A DNA stretch of 64,000 nt from an uncultured Clostridia bacterium (lineage in GTDB: Bacteria > Bacillota > Clostridia > Christensenellales > UBA1242). Where the stretch lies: contig CAKVLG010000002.1 of assembly GCA_934756675.1 (NCBI GenBank), positions 64,339-128,338 of the forward strand. Direction: 5' to 3'. The notes under the pieces were generated by a model, which was not told the origin of the DNA, did no database searches, and worked only from the letters and a program-made list of their open reading frames with translations. Shown here piece by piece: positions 9,380 to 18,190 of the stretch (position 1 is its first letter; the number at the start of each line of letters is the position of its first letter). The position numbers and the translations under genes are program-made.

Positions 9380-9548
9380 AGTTGATGTAAACAGACGTTG
9401 TGACCATGGCATTTGCCAAGAAAAGGCGGCAATTGAAATTGTCCTTGGCGGATATAAAAACCGAATATTGCTTTGCGCTAAATGCTATGAAGAACTAAAA
9501 AATCAAATGAAAACATTAGGGAGAACACCACGTGAAAAACAAGGATAA
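9363..9548 (+). CDS. Small Cys-rich (zinc-ribbon-like) protein
   Basis: GGAGG SD precedes ATG 9363. 61 aa with C-x-H-x2-C ... C-x2-C (RRCDHGIC...LLCAKCYEEL). It overlaps both neighbouring genes. Confidence 0.5.
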   Translation: MMKINKVDVNRRCDHGICQEKAAIEIVLGGYKNRILLCAKCYEELKNQMKTLGRTPREKQG

Positions 9549-11436
9549 AATTACAAAAAATTTAACTAAAGAAAAATATTTTTATGATGAAGATAAAGAC
9601 AAAGAAATTGTAGATTTTGTTAACAGAGATTTCGAAAACAGACGTGAAGAACGCAGACCATATGAACTCTCTTGGGAACTTAATATGAACTTTATGATTG
9701 GCAATCAATACAGTTACATTTCGCCAAAAGGTGACATTGAAGACGTTAACAAAAACTATTATTGGGAAAGCCGCGAAGTTTATAACCATATTGCACCAAT
9801 AGTTGAAACAAGACTGGCAAAGCTTGCAAAAGTTAGACCGACAGCGTCAGTCAGACCGTCTAGCAGTGAAAAGAAAGATGTTTATTGCAGCAAGCTTTCG
9901 AAGGCTATTATATCTAACACAGCAAGTAGGTTAGCTTTAAGCGATATTATTGGTAAAGCTACAACTTGGAGCGAGATTACTGGCACGGCATTTTATAAGG
10001 TTGTGTGGGATAAGTCGCTTGGTGAGATTATTGGAAAAAATGATGATAGCGACATAAAAACTGGCGATGTATCGATTTCTGTTTGCTCGCCGTTTGAAAT
10101 CTTCCCAGATTCTTCGGGCTCTGTTGATATTGAAGATTGCGACTCAATTATTCATGCTAGGGCATATCCGTCAAGTTTTATTCAAAGCGAGTATGGAATA
10201 GATGTAGAAGGCAAGGATATAGACACTTTTTCGTTCGATAATTTTCCGCTTAATAATAGCGTCACGGGAAGTAGTAACATTCAAAAAGTTATTCATGCGA
10301 CAAAGCATGACCATGTACTTTTAATTGAAAGATACGAAAAACCAAATAGCAAAAACAAAAATGGCAAACTTACAATTGTTTGTGCGAACCATTTGCTCTA
10401 TGATGGTGATTTGCCATACATGCTTGGTGATAAAAATGCTAGAGCTTATCCGTTTGTAAAACAAGTGTCTTCGGAAGTTGTGGGCTTGTTTTGGGGAACA
10501 AGTGTTGTTGAAAGATGTATTCCGCTTCAACGCGCCTATAACAGTATAAAAAATCGTAAGCACGAATTTATGACAAGGCTCGCAGTTGGTGTGCTTGCTG
10601 TTGAAGATGGTTCTGTCGATGTAGATAATATCGAAGAGGACGGCTTGGCACCAGGTAAAATTTTGGTCTATCGCAATGGTTCAACGCCACCAACATTTAT
10701 GGATGCAGGGCATATTCCTAGTGATTTTTCGGTTGAAGAAGCAAAACTGTTGAATGAATTTATAACACTTTCTGGTGTAAGTGAGTTGATGCGTGATGGT
10801 TCGGCACCGTCTAATGTATCCAGCGGTACGGCGCTTAACTTATTAATTGAGCAAGATGATACAAGGCTCAGCGTAACCGCAGAGTTCATTCGAAGTAGTG
10901 TAAGGCAAATCAGCCAAATGATTTTAAGATTATATAAACAATTTGCCACGGCAAAACGCATTGCAGAAATCACAGACGAAGATGGTGCTGTTGAACTTTA
11001 TTATTGGAATAACGCAGATATATCTAGCGATGATGTGGTTCTAGACACTACAAATGAGCTTGCCGAAACGCCAGCACAGCGGAAAAACAATGTGTTAGAG
11101 CTTTATCGCAATGGACTTTTATTTGATAGTGGAGACGGAAAAATGAGTAACCGTATGCGACTTAAAATTTTGGACGCTTTGGGATTTGGTATGTTTGAAC
11201 TTTCGCAAGACATGAGTGCGCTTCATATTAAGCGTGCACAAAAAGAAAATCTGGAACTGACAAAACCTATTGTGCCACTCGAAATTGATGACCACGAATT
11301 GCATATTGAAGAGCATACAAAATTTTTGCTCAGCAGCGAGTCAGACGATTTTTCCGCCGAGCACAAAGAGAAAATTGAAAAGCACATTCGTGCGCACAAA
11401 CAACTAATGAAATTTATGAGAGAGGAACAAGTTTAA
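9532..11436 (+). CDS. Portal protein
   Basis: 634 aa with a GTG start after an AGGGAG SD. The N-terminal pattern ELSWELNMNFMIGNQY is typical of portal families. It lies between terminase and scaffold. Confidence 0.85.
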   Translation: MKNKDKITKNLTKEKYFYDEDKDKEIVDFVNRDFENRREERRPYELSWELNMNFMIGNQYSYISPKGDIEDVNKNYYWESREVYNHIAPIVETRLAKLAKVRPTASVRPSSSEKKDVYCSKLSKAIISNTASRLALSDIIGKATTWSEITGTAFYKVVWDKSLGEIIGKNDDSDIKTGDVSISVCSPFEIFPDSSGSVDIEDCDSIIHARAYPSSFIQSEYGIDVEGKDIDTFSFDNFPLNNSVTGSSNIQKVIHATKHDHVLLIERYEKPNSKNKNGKLTIVCANHLLYDGDLPYMLGDKNARAYPFVKQVSSEVVGLFWGTSVVERCIPLQRAYNSIKNRKHEFMTRLAVGVLAVEDGSVDVDNIEEDGLAPGKILVYRNGSTPPTFMDAGHIPSDFSVEEAKLLNEFITLSGVSELMRDGSAPSNVSSGTALNLLIEQDDTRLSVTAEFIRSSVRQISQMILRLYKQFATAKRIAEITDEDGAVELYYWNNADISSDDVVLDTTNELAETPAQRKNNVLELYRNGLLFDSGDGKMSNRMRLKILDALGFGMFELSQDMSALHIKRAQKENLELTKPIVPLEIDDHELHIEEHTKFLLSSESDDFSAEHKEKIEKHIRAHKQLMKFMREEQV

Positions 11437-12134
11437 TGGAAGAAACAAATAGAGTGGAACAACCCGGTTTAGTGGAAAATGTGGCAGATAGTTCGCAAGA
11501 TAAAAACGCGAGCATTGCAACAGAAACTCAAAGCTGTGGCTCCACATTTGGGAAATTTAAAGATGCAACAAGCTTACTTTCTGCATACGAGCATTTAGAA
11601 GCGGAGTTCACGCGAAAAAGTCAAAAAGTGGCTAGCTTAGAAAAAATGCTTGAAAAGCAAACTGCGGCAAGCAGCGGAACAGATAATGCGTTGACAAATA
11701 ATATAGAAAAGTCAAATGAAAATGTTTGCGGTTATGCATATGAGAAAGAAAATTGGAAAGATGTAGTTCAGGAGTTCTTTGATAGCAATCCAACGGCAAA
11801 AGATTACAAAAAAGAAATGGCTATGGTAATAACAGAAACTCCTGAAATTGCACTTTCTCCAAAATGTTTAGATTTGGCACTTGCAATAAGTAAAAGCCGA
11901 ACACTTAAAGAGCCTGCAGAACTTAAAAATGACCAAAACTTTTTAGACAATTATGTGTTGAATGATGCCGGCATAAAAGATAAAATCATTAACAACTACA
12001 TAAGGTCTATATCGCTTGGAGATTTGCCAAAAGTCATAACTGGCATGCCAAGTACAACAGTTGCAACGCCTAGGGCAGCTGCTCCAAAAACAATAAAAGA
12101 AGCAAGCAATCTTGCTAAAAAATACCTAGGCTAG
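11436..12134 (+). CDS. Scaffolding protein candidate
   Basis: 232 aa, rich in E, K, A and Q and likely helical. Lies between portal and capsid genes. TAATG stop-start overlap with the portal gene. Confidence 0.55.
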   Translation: MEETNRVEQPGLVENVADSSQDKNASIATETQSCGSTFGKFKDATSLLSAYEHLEAEFTRKSQKVASLEKMLEKQTAASSGTDNALTNNIEKSNENVCGYAYEKENWKDVVQEFFDSNPTAKDYKKEMAMVITETPEIALSPKCLDLALAISKSRTLKEPAELKNDQNFLDNYVLNDAGIKDKIINNYIRSISLGDLPKVITGMPSTTVATPRAAAPKTIKEASNLAKKYLG

Positions 12135-12152
12135 AAATTATTAGGAGAAAAT

Positions 12153-13364
12153 ATGGTAACTTTAACAAGTGCTGATAATGTGCTTAAACAAGTTTATCTT
12201 GGTGTTGTTTCAGAACAATTAAACACATCAATAAACCCATTACTCAGCAAAATTAAACAAACAACATCTGATGTTTGGGGTAAAGAAATCCGCAAAGTTG
12301 CGCCATACGGACTAAATGGTGGTATTGGTGCTGGCGATGAAAACTCTACACTTCCAACAGCAGCTGGCAATCAATACGCACAATTCGTGCTCTCACTTAA
12401 AAACCTTTACGGTAAAATTGAAATTACAGATAAAGCAATTCGCGCATCTCAAAATAGTAGCGGCGCTTTTGTTAACCTTCTTGATGCTGAAATGGAAGGA
12501 TTGATCAGAGCCAGTGCATTCAACTTTGGTAGAATGCTTTATGGCGATGGTACTGGCATCATCACAAAAATCACAGATAACGATACAACAACAATTACTT
12601 GCGAAGCTGTTAATTGTTTGATTGAAGGTATGGTTATTGATATTGTAGACGCAACTGGCACTGTTTTAACATCTGGAAAAGGTCTTCGCATTACATCGAT
12701 CGATAGAGCAAACAAGGTTGTCACTTTGGCTGGTGCAAGCTTCACAGCTGACGCTTTGGTTAAGTCTGACTCTGTATCTGGTTCTAAGGATTATTTTGTT
12801 GCTGTTCAAGGTTCTTATGGTAAGGAACTTACTGGTCTTGGTGCAATTTTCAAAACAACAGGAACTCTTTATGGTTTGAGCAAAAGCGACTATGGTTGGC
12901 TAAATTGCTACACAAAAGATATTGCAGGTGAAACTTCTAAAACAGATATTAATGATATGGTTATGCAAACTGCTATTGATAATGTAGAAGAAAATGCAAA
13001 CAGCAAAATTGACTTTATAGTTTGTTCTGCTGGTGTTAAAAGAAATTACCAAAACTACTTTACTAGCTATAGAACAAATGTAGACATTATGGATTTAGCT
13101 GGTGGTTATAAGGCAATTAGTTACAATGGTATTCCACTTGTTTCAGATAGATTTGCTCCAGCAAACACAATGTTCTTGCTTAACACAAAAGAATTTAATT
13201 TACATCAGCTTTGTGATTGGCAATGGCTTGAAGGTGAAGATGGTAGAGTTATAAAGCAAGCTGCAGACAAACCAAGTTACACTGCAACTCTCGTTAAATA
13301 CGCTGATATTATTTGTGACCAACCAAGCGGACAAGCAAAAATTACAGGTATTAAGGAATCTTAA
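12153..13364 (+). CDS. Major capsid protein
   Basis: 403 aa with a strong SD (AGGAGAAAATATG). Position directly after the scaffold gene. No prohead protease is present, consistent with scaffold-dependent assembly. Confidence 0.8.
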   Translation: MVTLTSADNVLKQVYLGVVSEQLNTSINPLLSKIKQTTSDVWGKEIRKVAPYGLNGGIGAGDENSTLPTAAGNQYAQFVLSLKNLYGKIEITDKAIRASQNSSGAFVNLLDAEMEGLIRASAFNFGRMLYGDGTGIITKITDNDTTTITCEAVNCLIEGMVIDIVDATGTVLTSGKGLRITSIDRANKVVTLAGASFTADALVKSDSVSGSKDYFVAVQGSYGKELTGLGAIFKTTGTLYGLSKSDYGWLNCYTKDIAGETSKTDINDMVMQTAIDNVEENANSKIDFIVCSAGVKRNYQNYFTSYRTNVDIMDLAGGYKAISYNGIPLVSDRFAPANTMFLLNTKEFNLHQLCDWQWLEGEDGRVIKQAADKPSYTATLVKYADIICDQPSGQAKITGIKES

Positions 13365-13372
13365 AGGAGATG

Positions 13373-13393
13373 GGGCGGGAGTATTTCTCGCCC
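13373..13393 (+). other. GC-rich stem-loop immediately after the capsid gene
   Basis: GGGCGGGA (13373-13380) pairs with TCTCGCCC (13386-13393): 8 bp including one G-T wobble, with a 5-nt loop. It lies between an AAGGAGA SD (13364-13370) and ATG 13403. Confidence 0.5.
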
Positions 13394-13402
13394 TTAATAT
13401 TT

Positions 13403-13792
13403 ATGAAAGACTATTTGATTAAATTTGATGGAATCTTTGATTTATATAACCGATTTAAGAAAATAGATAAAAATTATGAACTATTCTACAATCGAAAAAC
13501 AAACAGATTTGAGCTATATAGTGGTGTTATGCGAAAAAATTTAGAATTAATTTTTGGCGAGCTTAACAGTTCGAAATGTTTGATAAAAACGCAACAATCA
13601 CGTATGCAAAATATCGAGCGTGTGATTAAAGAAATAGAATTATACAACGAAAGATTACAACAGAAAACAATAGACAATTTACGTGACAAAACCATGCTTG
13701 TGGCGGAGGAAGCAATAAATTATGCCGACAAGACAAGCAAGGATATTACGCTGCAAGAGATAAATTCAATTATGGAGAATACAAATGCTTAA
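13403..13792 (+). CDS. Hypothetical phage head-associated protein
   Basis: The ORF track starts it at 13370, but that ATG abuts the SD with zero spacing and lies in the hairpin. ATG 13403 (MKDYLIKFDG...) is more plausible. Function unknown. Confidence 0.5.
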   Translation: MKDYLIKFDGIFDLYNRFKKIDKNYELFYNRKTNRFELYSGVMRKNLELIFGELNSSKCLIKTQQSRMQNIERVIKEIELYNERLQQKTIDNLRDKTMLVAEEAINYADKTSKDITLQEINSIMENTNA

Positions 13793-14354
13793 AGATATAA
13801 TTTTAACAACACTTTTATTGCTAGGAAAAGAAAATGAACTTGTAGAAGTTGAAACTAAAGAAGAATCGGAATATTCGCCAGCAACAAAATCGCTTATATC
13901 GCAACTTATAAAAATTGTTAATTTGGTTGCGTCTGATATCACGCGTAATGTTGTCCGTTTGACTTTTTGCGAAACATTAACTTCTGACGAAAATTGCGAA
14001 ATAAAATACTCAAGTTTATCGAAAAAGGTTATTGGAATTAAAAGCGTAACCGAAGGCAACAAAGATGCAACATTCAATCTTTATCCAGAATATATAAAGG
14101 TGGGTAAACCAAACACTAAATATAAAATCACTTATAACTACGAAAACCAAAAATGTAAGTCTATTGATGATGATATTGTTTTTCCAGTTTGTGTGACTTG
14201 TGGTATTGTTGCATATGGTGTGGCAAGTGAATATTGTTCTATGAATTTGCTTTATGATGAATGCACTATGTGGGAACAAAAATATGTAAGGGCACTCGAA
14301 AATATTATGCCAAAAACTGGTGAAAGAAAAATGGCAAGATGGTGGAATTTATGA
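13785..14354 (+). CDS. Hypothetical phage protein; head completion or adaptor candidate by position
   Basis: 189 aa. Overlaps the upstream stop and the downstream start. Confidence 0.5.
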   Translation: MLKDIILTTLLLLGKENELVEVETKEESEYSPATKSLISQLIKIVNLVASDITRNVVRLTFCETLTSDENCEIKYSSLSKKVIGIKSVTEGNKDATFNLYPEYIKVGKPNTKYKITYNYENQKCKSIDDDIVFPVCVTCGIVAYGVASEYCSMNLLYDECTMWEQKYVRALENIMPKTGERKMARWWNL

Positions 14355-15832
14355 AGAGAATAAAATACCCAAACGGGCACACGTATAAACTTAAACTTTC
14401 GTCATTTGAAGCGGGGCTTGGTGGCAGTGATGAAAATATTATGCCATTTAAGTACGCAAAAGAAACATATAACTTTAACCAAATAGGTGGAAACCTAAAA
14501 ACGGGCATTGGATTTTCGGCATTTTTAAAGTATTTTTGCAGTCCAGATTATCTTGAACAATTTAACGAAAAATTTTCTGAGCTTGGCAAAATTGAAGGTG
14601 TGTGGCACTTTAAGAAATATAACCAGACACTTGGCAAACGAGAAGATAAACTCATTTTTATAAACGACAGTTTGCAAACATATTACATAGATTTTGCAAC
14701 AAACAATGTGGCATTTAACAGGGTATATTCTTTGGCGTTTACATCAAAACCTGTTGCAGTCAACTATAGGCTAGAAGGAAAAGATGTAATTATCTTTTCG
14801 AGTGAAACAGATAACATGGTTGTTTGGGACGGCGAAAATCCAGCTTATAGCGTTTTAGATGCACCAAAAATTTCGTCTATGGCACTTCATTATGAAAGAT
14901 TATTTGTAACTGTCAATGGCGAAAAGAATAGTGTTTGGTTTTCTGATGACCTAGATCCAACAAATTGGACTGTGTCGCTTGATGAAGCGGGTTTTATTCA
15001 AATGGTAGACGAGCGTGGAGCTTTGCAAAAAGTTGTTTCTTTTAATGATTATTTGTATGTGTTCCGCGAGCAAGGTATTAGCAGAATAACAGCGTATGCA
15101 AATCAAGAAAACTTTTCTGTTTCGCACTTGTTTGTTTCGAGTTCTAAAATTTATAGAGATTCGGTTTGCATTTGTGGCGACAAAATTTTGTTTTTAGCAA
15201 GTGATGGTATTTATATTTTTGACGGATACGAAACAACTAAAATACTTCCAGCAATAAGCAAAAAACTTGAAGGACTAAATAACAACACAAGCTACGCTTG
15301 TTATTATAATGGAAAATATTATTTGGCTTGTAAATTTAACTTTGAAGAAAACTCTTCGTTCCAAGAGAGTGAAACCGAAAACAATGCACTTTTTGAAATT
15401 GATGTGAGTAAACTGACGGTTAATATTGCAAGAGGTGTTAGTGTTAACTTTTTGTCTGGCATAGTTTCGGACTTTTTTACGGGCGTACTTGCTGCGGTTA
15501 AGTCGGCAAGTGGGAGAACGCTTGTGGTTATAGATAATTCTGGTAAGCTTTTTGGCAACGTGCTTTCAAAATGCTGGCAATCTACTTTTAGCGATATGGG
15601 GTATCCTTCGAGCAAAAAGATTATTAGACAGATTGTGTTAACTAGTGCTTCGCCTGTTGATGTTATTGTTAAAAATGAAAAAGATGAAACAAGACTTCAT
15701 TTTTCTGGCGGTGGCGTTCCCGAAATTAAACATCTAGTTAAAAGTGGTATGCGGTTTAGTTTTAGAATAGAAAGTCAAAGTGAACAGACAGAAATTAGCA
15801 ATGTTGAAATTTCTGTAAAGGTAGAAGAATAA
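14351..15832 (+). CDS. Phage structural protein; tail or adaptor candidate
   Basis: About 493 aa with an ATGA overlap to the upstream gene (alternative ATG at 14339). Repeated beta-strand-like segments. Assignment rests on position after the head genes. Confidence 0.55.
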   Translation: MKRIKYPNGHTYKLKLSSFEAGLGGSDENIMPFKYAKETYNFNQIGGNLKTGIGFSAFLKYFCSPDYLEQFNEKFSELGKIEGVWHFKKYNQTLGKREDKLIFINDSLQTYYIDFATNNVAFNRVYSLAFTSKPVAVNYRLEGKDVIIFSSETDNMVVWDGENPAYSVLDAPKISSMALHYERLFVTVNGEKNSVWFSDDLDPTNWTVSLDEAGFIQMVDERGALQKVVSFNDYLYVFREQGISRITAYANQENFSVSHLFVSSSKIYRDSVCICGDKILFLASDGIYIFDGYETTKILPAISKKLEGLNNNTSYACYYNGKYYLACKFNFEENSSFQESETENNALFEIDVSKLTVNIARGVSVNFLSGIVSDFFTGVLAAVKSASGRTLVVIDNSGKLFGNVLSKCWQSTFSDMGYPSSKKIIRQIVLTSASPVDVIVKNEKDETRLHFSGGGVPEIKHLVKSGMRFSFRIESQSEQTEISNVEISVKVEE

Positions 15833-18189
15833 TGAATTATGGAAGAATAGCTTATTTAAAAACTATAGAACTAGAGCAGCGTGTAGGCAGTGAAAAAAAT
15901 GAAACCAACAATTTTGAATGTAGCGAATTTTCGGTTGATAATTATAACGAAACGTTCTATGACTCGCACGTGCTTTCGTATCCAATAAAAGTACTGGCAA
16001 ATAAAAGTGTTTGTTTGCAAAGTAAAATTGTAATCTCATGCTCGCAAGAGGAAGAAATTGACATAAAAGTTTTGGCGGGTGATGGCGAAATAGGTTCGTT
16101 TAGCCAAAAACTTACTGTTGGTGAAAATGATATAATTGTCTACAAGTCATACATTTCTGACGTGTCACAAGACATAGATTTAAAAATTCAAATTACGGGC
16201 GAGTACCATGAAAAAACCATTCTTAGGGTTAACACTTTGATTTTTGGCATAGCAGCACAAGGTAGTGTTGATAACATTGAGATGCGCGTGCTTTCCACTC
16301 CAACGCAGATGATAGTAAGTTTTATTAACAGCGGCAAGATTTTTATTTCTAAAACAGATAAAGATAAACTCTATGAAAACTTGTCTTTTGAATACTATAA
16401 AGATGCATCGAGTCATTGTTTTGTAGATGCTGGGAGTGCGGTTAAACTTTATTATGTAAATGCACAGAATGTGCTCAAAGAGTGCGAATATGACGGCTCG
16501 AATGAAAGAATTGTGGCAGAAAATGTAACAAAAGTTTTTGCAATAAAGGCGCCAGATTCCAGCGATGACGATGTTGTTGTTTGCTATCTTTCTGACTCGA
16601 AACCCAAATATAAATGCTTGATAGATGGCGTGTATACATCCGAACGAAATTTGCCATTTCCAGACGGCTCGTACTCCGATATTAGACTGATTTCTGATAG
16701 CGAAAATTTTGTATATGCAATTGCAACAAAAACAAATGGTGCAAACTTTATTATAAAATCAGTCATGGAAATTTCAACAGGCAAACTTGTAGAAAATGTT
16801 AGTGTGTCACTTAGTCATGTAATTAACAAATACTATTGTTTGCCACAAATAGAAGATATGTCGCTTGCAAGTGTTTCTGCAAATGTTGTGATTGCAACAA
16901 GCACTTATTACACATATGCATCACTTTCTAGCAAGGTGTTTACTAGCAATGTGCGGGTAAGTTTAAACCATGATGCTGTTGCTTATCAAATGGAAATTCC
17001 AGAGCCAATAGAAGATGAAATAACTTATGGTATTACAATAGATATGACTAATAGTGATCCAAAGGCAAGCGTAACTTATACAAATGACGCGGTAGGTATG
17101 AGTGGTGCATATATGGATTTTGACAACGATACATTTGTTGATAATGGGTGGCTTAATAAATGGCCATTTAACAAAATCAAGCCATGCATACTTTCTTCTG
17201 TAGGCGAAGTTGCTGGTTATCTTGACCCAAATAATTATACAAAGCTGACAGATGGAACAAGCGTAGATATTTCTGTTAATGGTGACTATGACGTTATGAT
17301 AGAAATCCCCAAAATTTACTATGATATAAAAACGGTCGATAAAGACCATATAACTGTTCAAATATCTAATGGTAGTACCGAAACTAACTGCTGCCGTGCA
17401 TTTCAACACAAAGGTGAAGAGTTTGATAAAATTTATGTAGCGGCATATCATTCGTTTATGCAATCTGATGATAAATTTGTAACTGCCACAGTGCGAAGTG
17501 TTACTGGTGGCAAACCACCAAAAGCATATATTAGTCTAGTCAAAAACCTTACACAAACCCAAATGATTAATTTTATTCATGAACGCGGAGGATATTATGA
17601 GTCGTTCCCATACGATGTTTATATTTTGATTGAATGTTTGTATTTGATTATGTTTAAAAGTCTAAACACTTCAGGTTCTATTGGCCACGGATATAAAGGT
17701 GATACGCTTGTAAACACTGGCACTTTGGATAAAAAGGGCATGTTTTATGGCACAACAGGAAACACTCAAATGAAAATATTTGGAATAGAAGATCTTTACG
17801 GCAATGGCGGTTGTTTACTTACTGGTGTTCAGATTGATAAAAATATGGATATGTATGTTCTTGATCCAACTACAACAGTGCCAGTTTCATATGATCCAGG
17901 AATACAAAATATGGAGCTTGTTTATACCGGCGAAGCTACCTTTAGTGATAAGAGAATTAGAAGAGCGCATGGTTCTAATAAAACAGGAATAATAATCACA
18001 GAAACTGCGGAGATGGGTGAAAATGAGTATTTTAGTGATACACAAAGTTTTGTAAAGTATATGCAGAACTATAGAACTTGTGGGTATAAGATGGATACAA
18101 ATTTAGGCATATTCTCAATACATTCGTCTTATGACTCAAAATATGATATGGAAGGGTTTTGTAGAATGGTTTATTATAAGAGGAGTTAA
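15832..18189 (+). CDS. Large phage tail protein; tail fibre or receptor-binding candidate
   Basis: 785 aa with a TAATG overlap to the upstream gene. No domain recognised with confidence. Confidence 0.55.
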   Translation: MNYGRIAYLKTIELEQRVGSEKNETNNFECSEFSVDNYNETFYDSHVLSYPIKVLANKSVCLQSKIVISCSQEEEIDIKVLAGDGEIGSFSQKLTVGENDIIVYKSYISDVSQDIDLKIQITGEYHEKTILRVNTLIFGIAAQGSVDNIEMRVLSTPTQMIVSFINSGKIFISKTDKDKLYENLSFEYYKDASSHCFVDAGSAVKLYYVNAQNVLKECEYDGSNERIVAENVTKVFAIKAPDSSDDDVVVCYLSDSKPKYKCLIDGVYTSERNLPFPDGSYSDIRLISDSENFVYAIATKTNGANFIIKSVMEISTGKLVENVSVSLSHVINKYYCLPQIEDMSLASVSANVVIATSTYYTYASLSSKVFTSNVRVSLNHDAVAYQMEIPEPIEDEITYGITIDMTNSDPKASVTYTNDAVGMSGAYMDFDNDTFVDNGWLNKWPFNKIKPCILSSVGEVAGYLDPNNYTKLTDGTSVDISVNGDYDVMIEIPKIYYDIKTVDKDHITVQISNGSTETNCCRAFQHKGEEFDKIYVAAYHSFMQSDDKFVTATVRSVTGGKPPKAYISLVKNLTQTQMINFIHERGGYYESFPYDVYILIECLYLIMFKSLNTSGSIGHGYKGDTLVNTGTLDKKGMFYGTTGNTQMKIFGIEDLYGNGGCLLTGVQIDKNMDMYVLDPTTTVPVSYDPGIQNMELVYTGEATFSDKRIRRAHGSNKTGIIITETAEMGENEYFSDTQSFVKYMQNYRTCGYKMDTNLGIFSIHSSYDSKYDMEGFCRMVYYKRS

Positions 18190-18190
18190 A

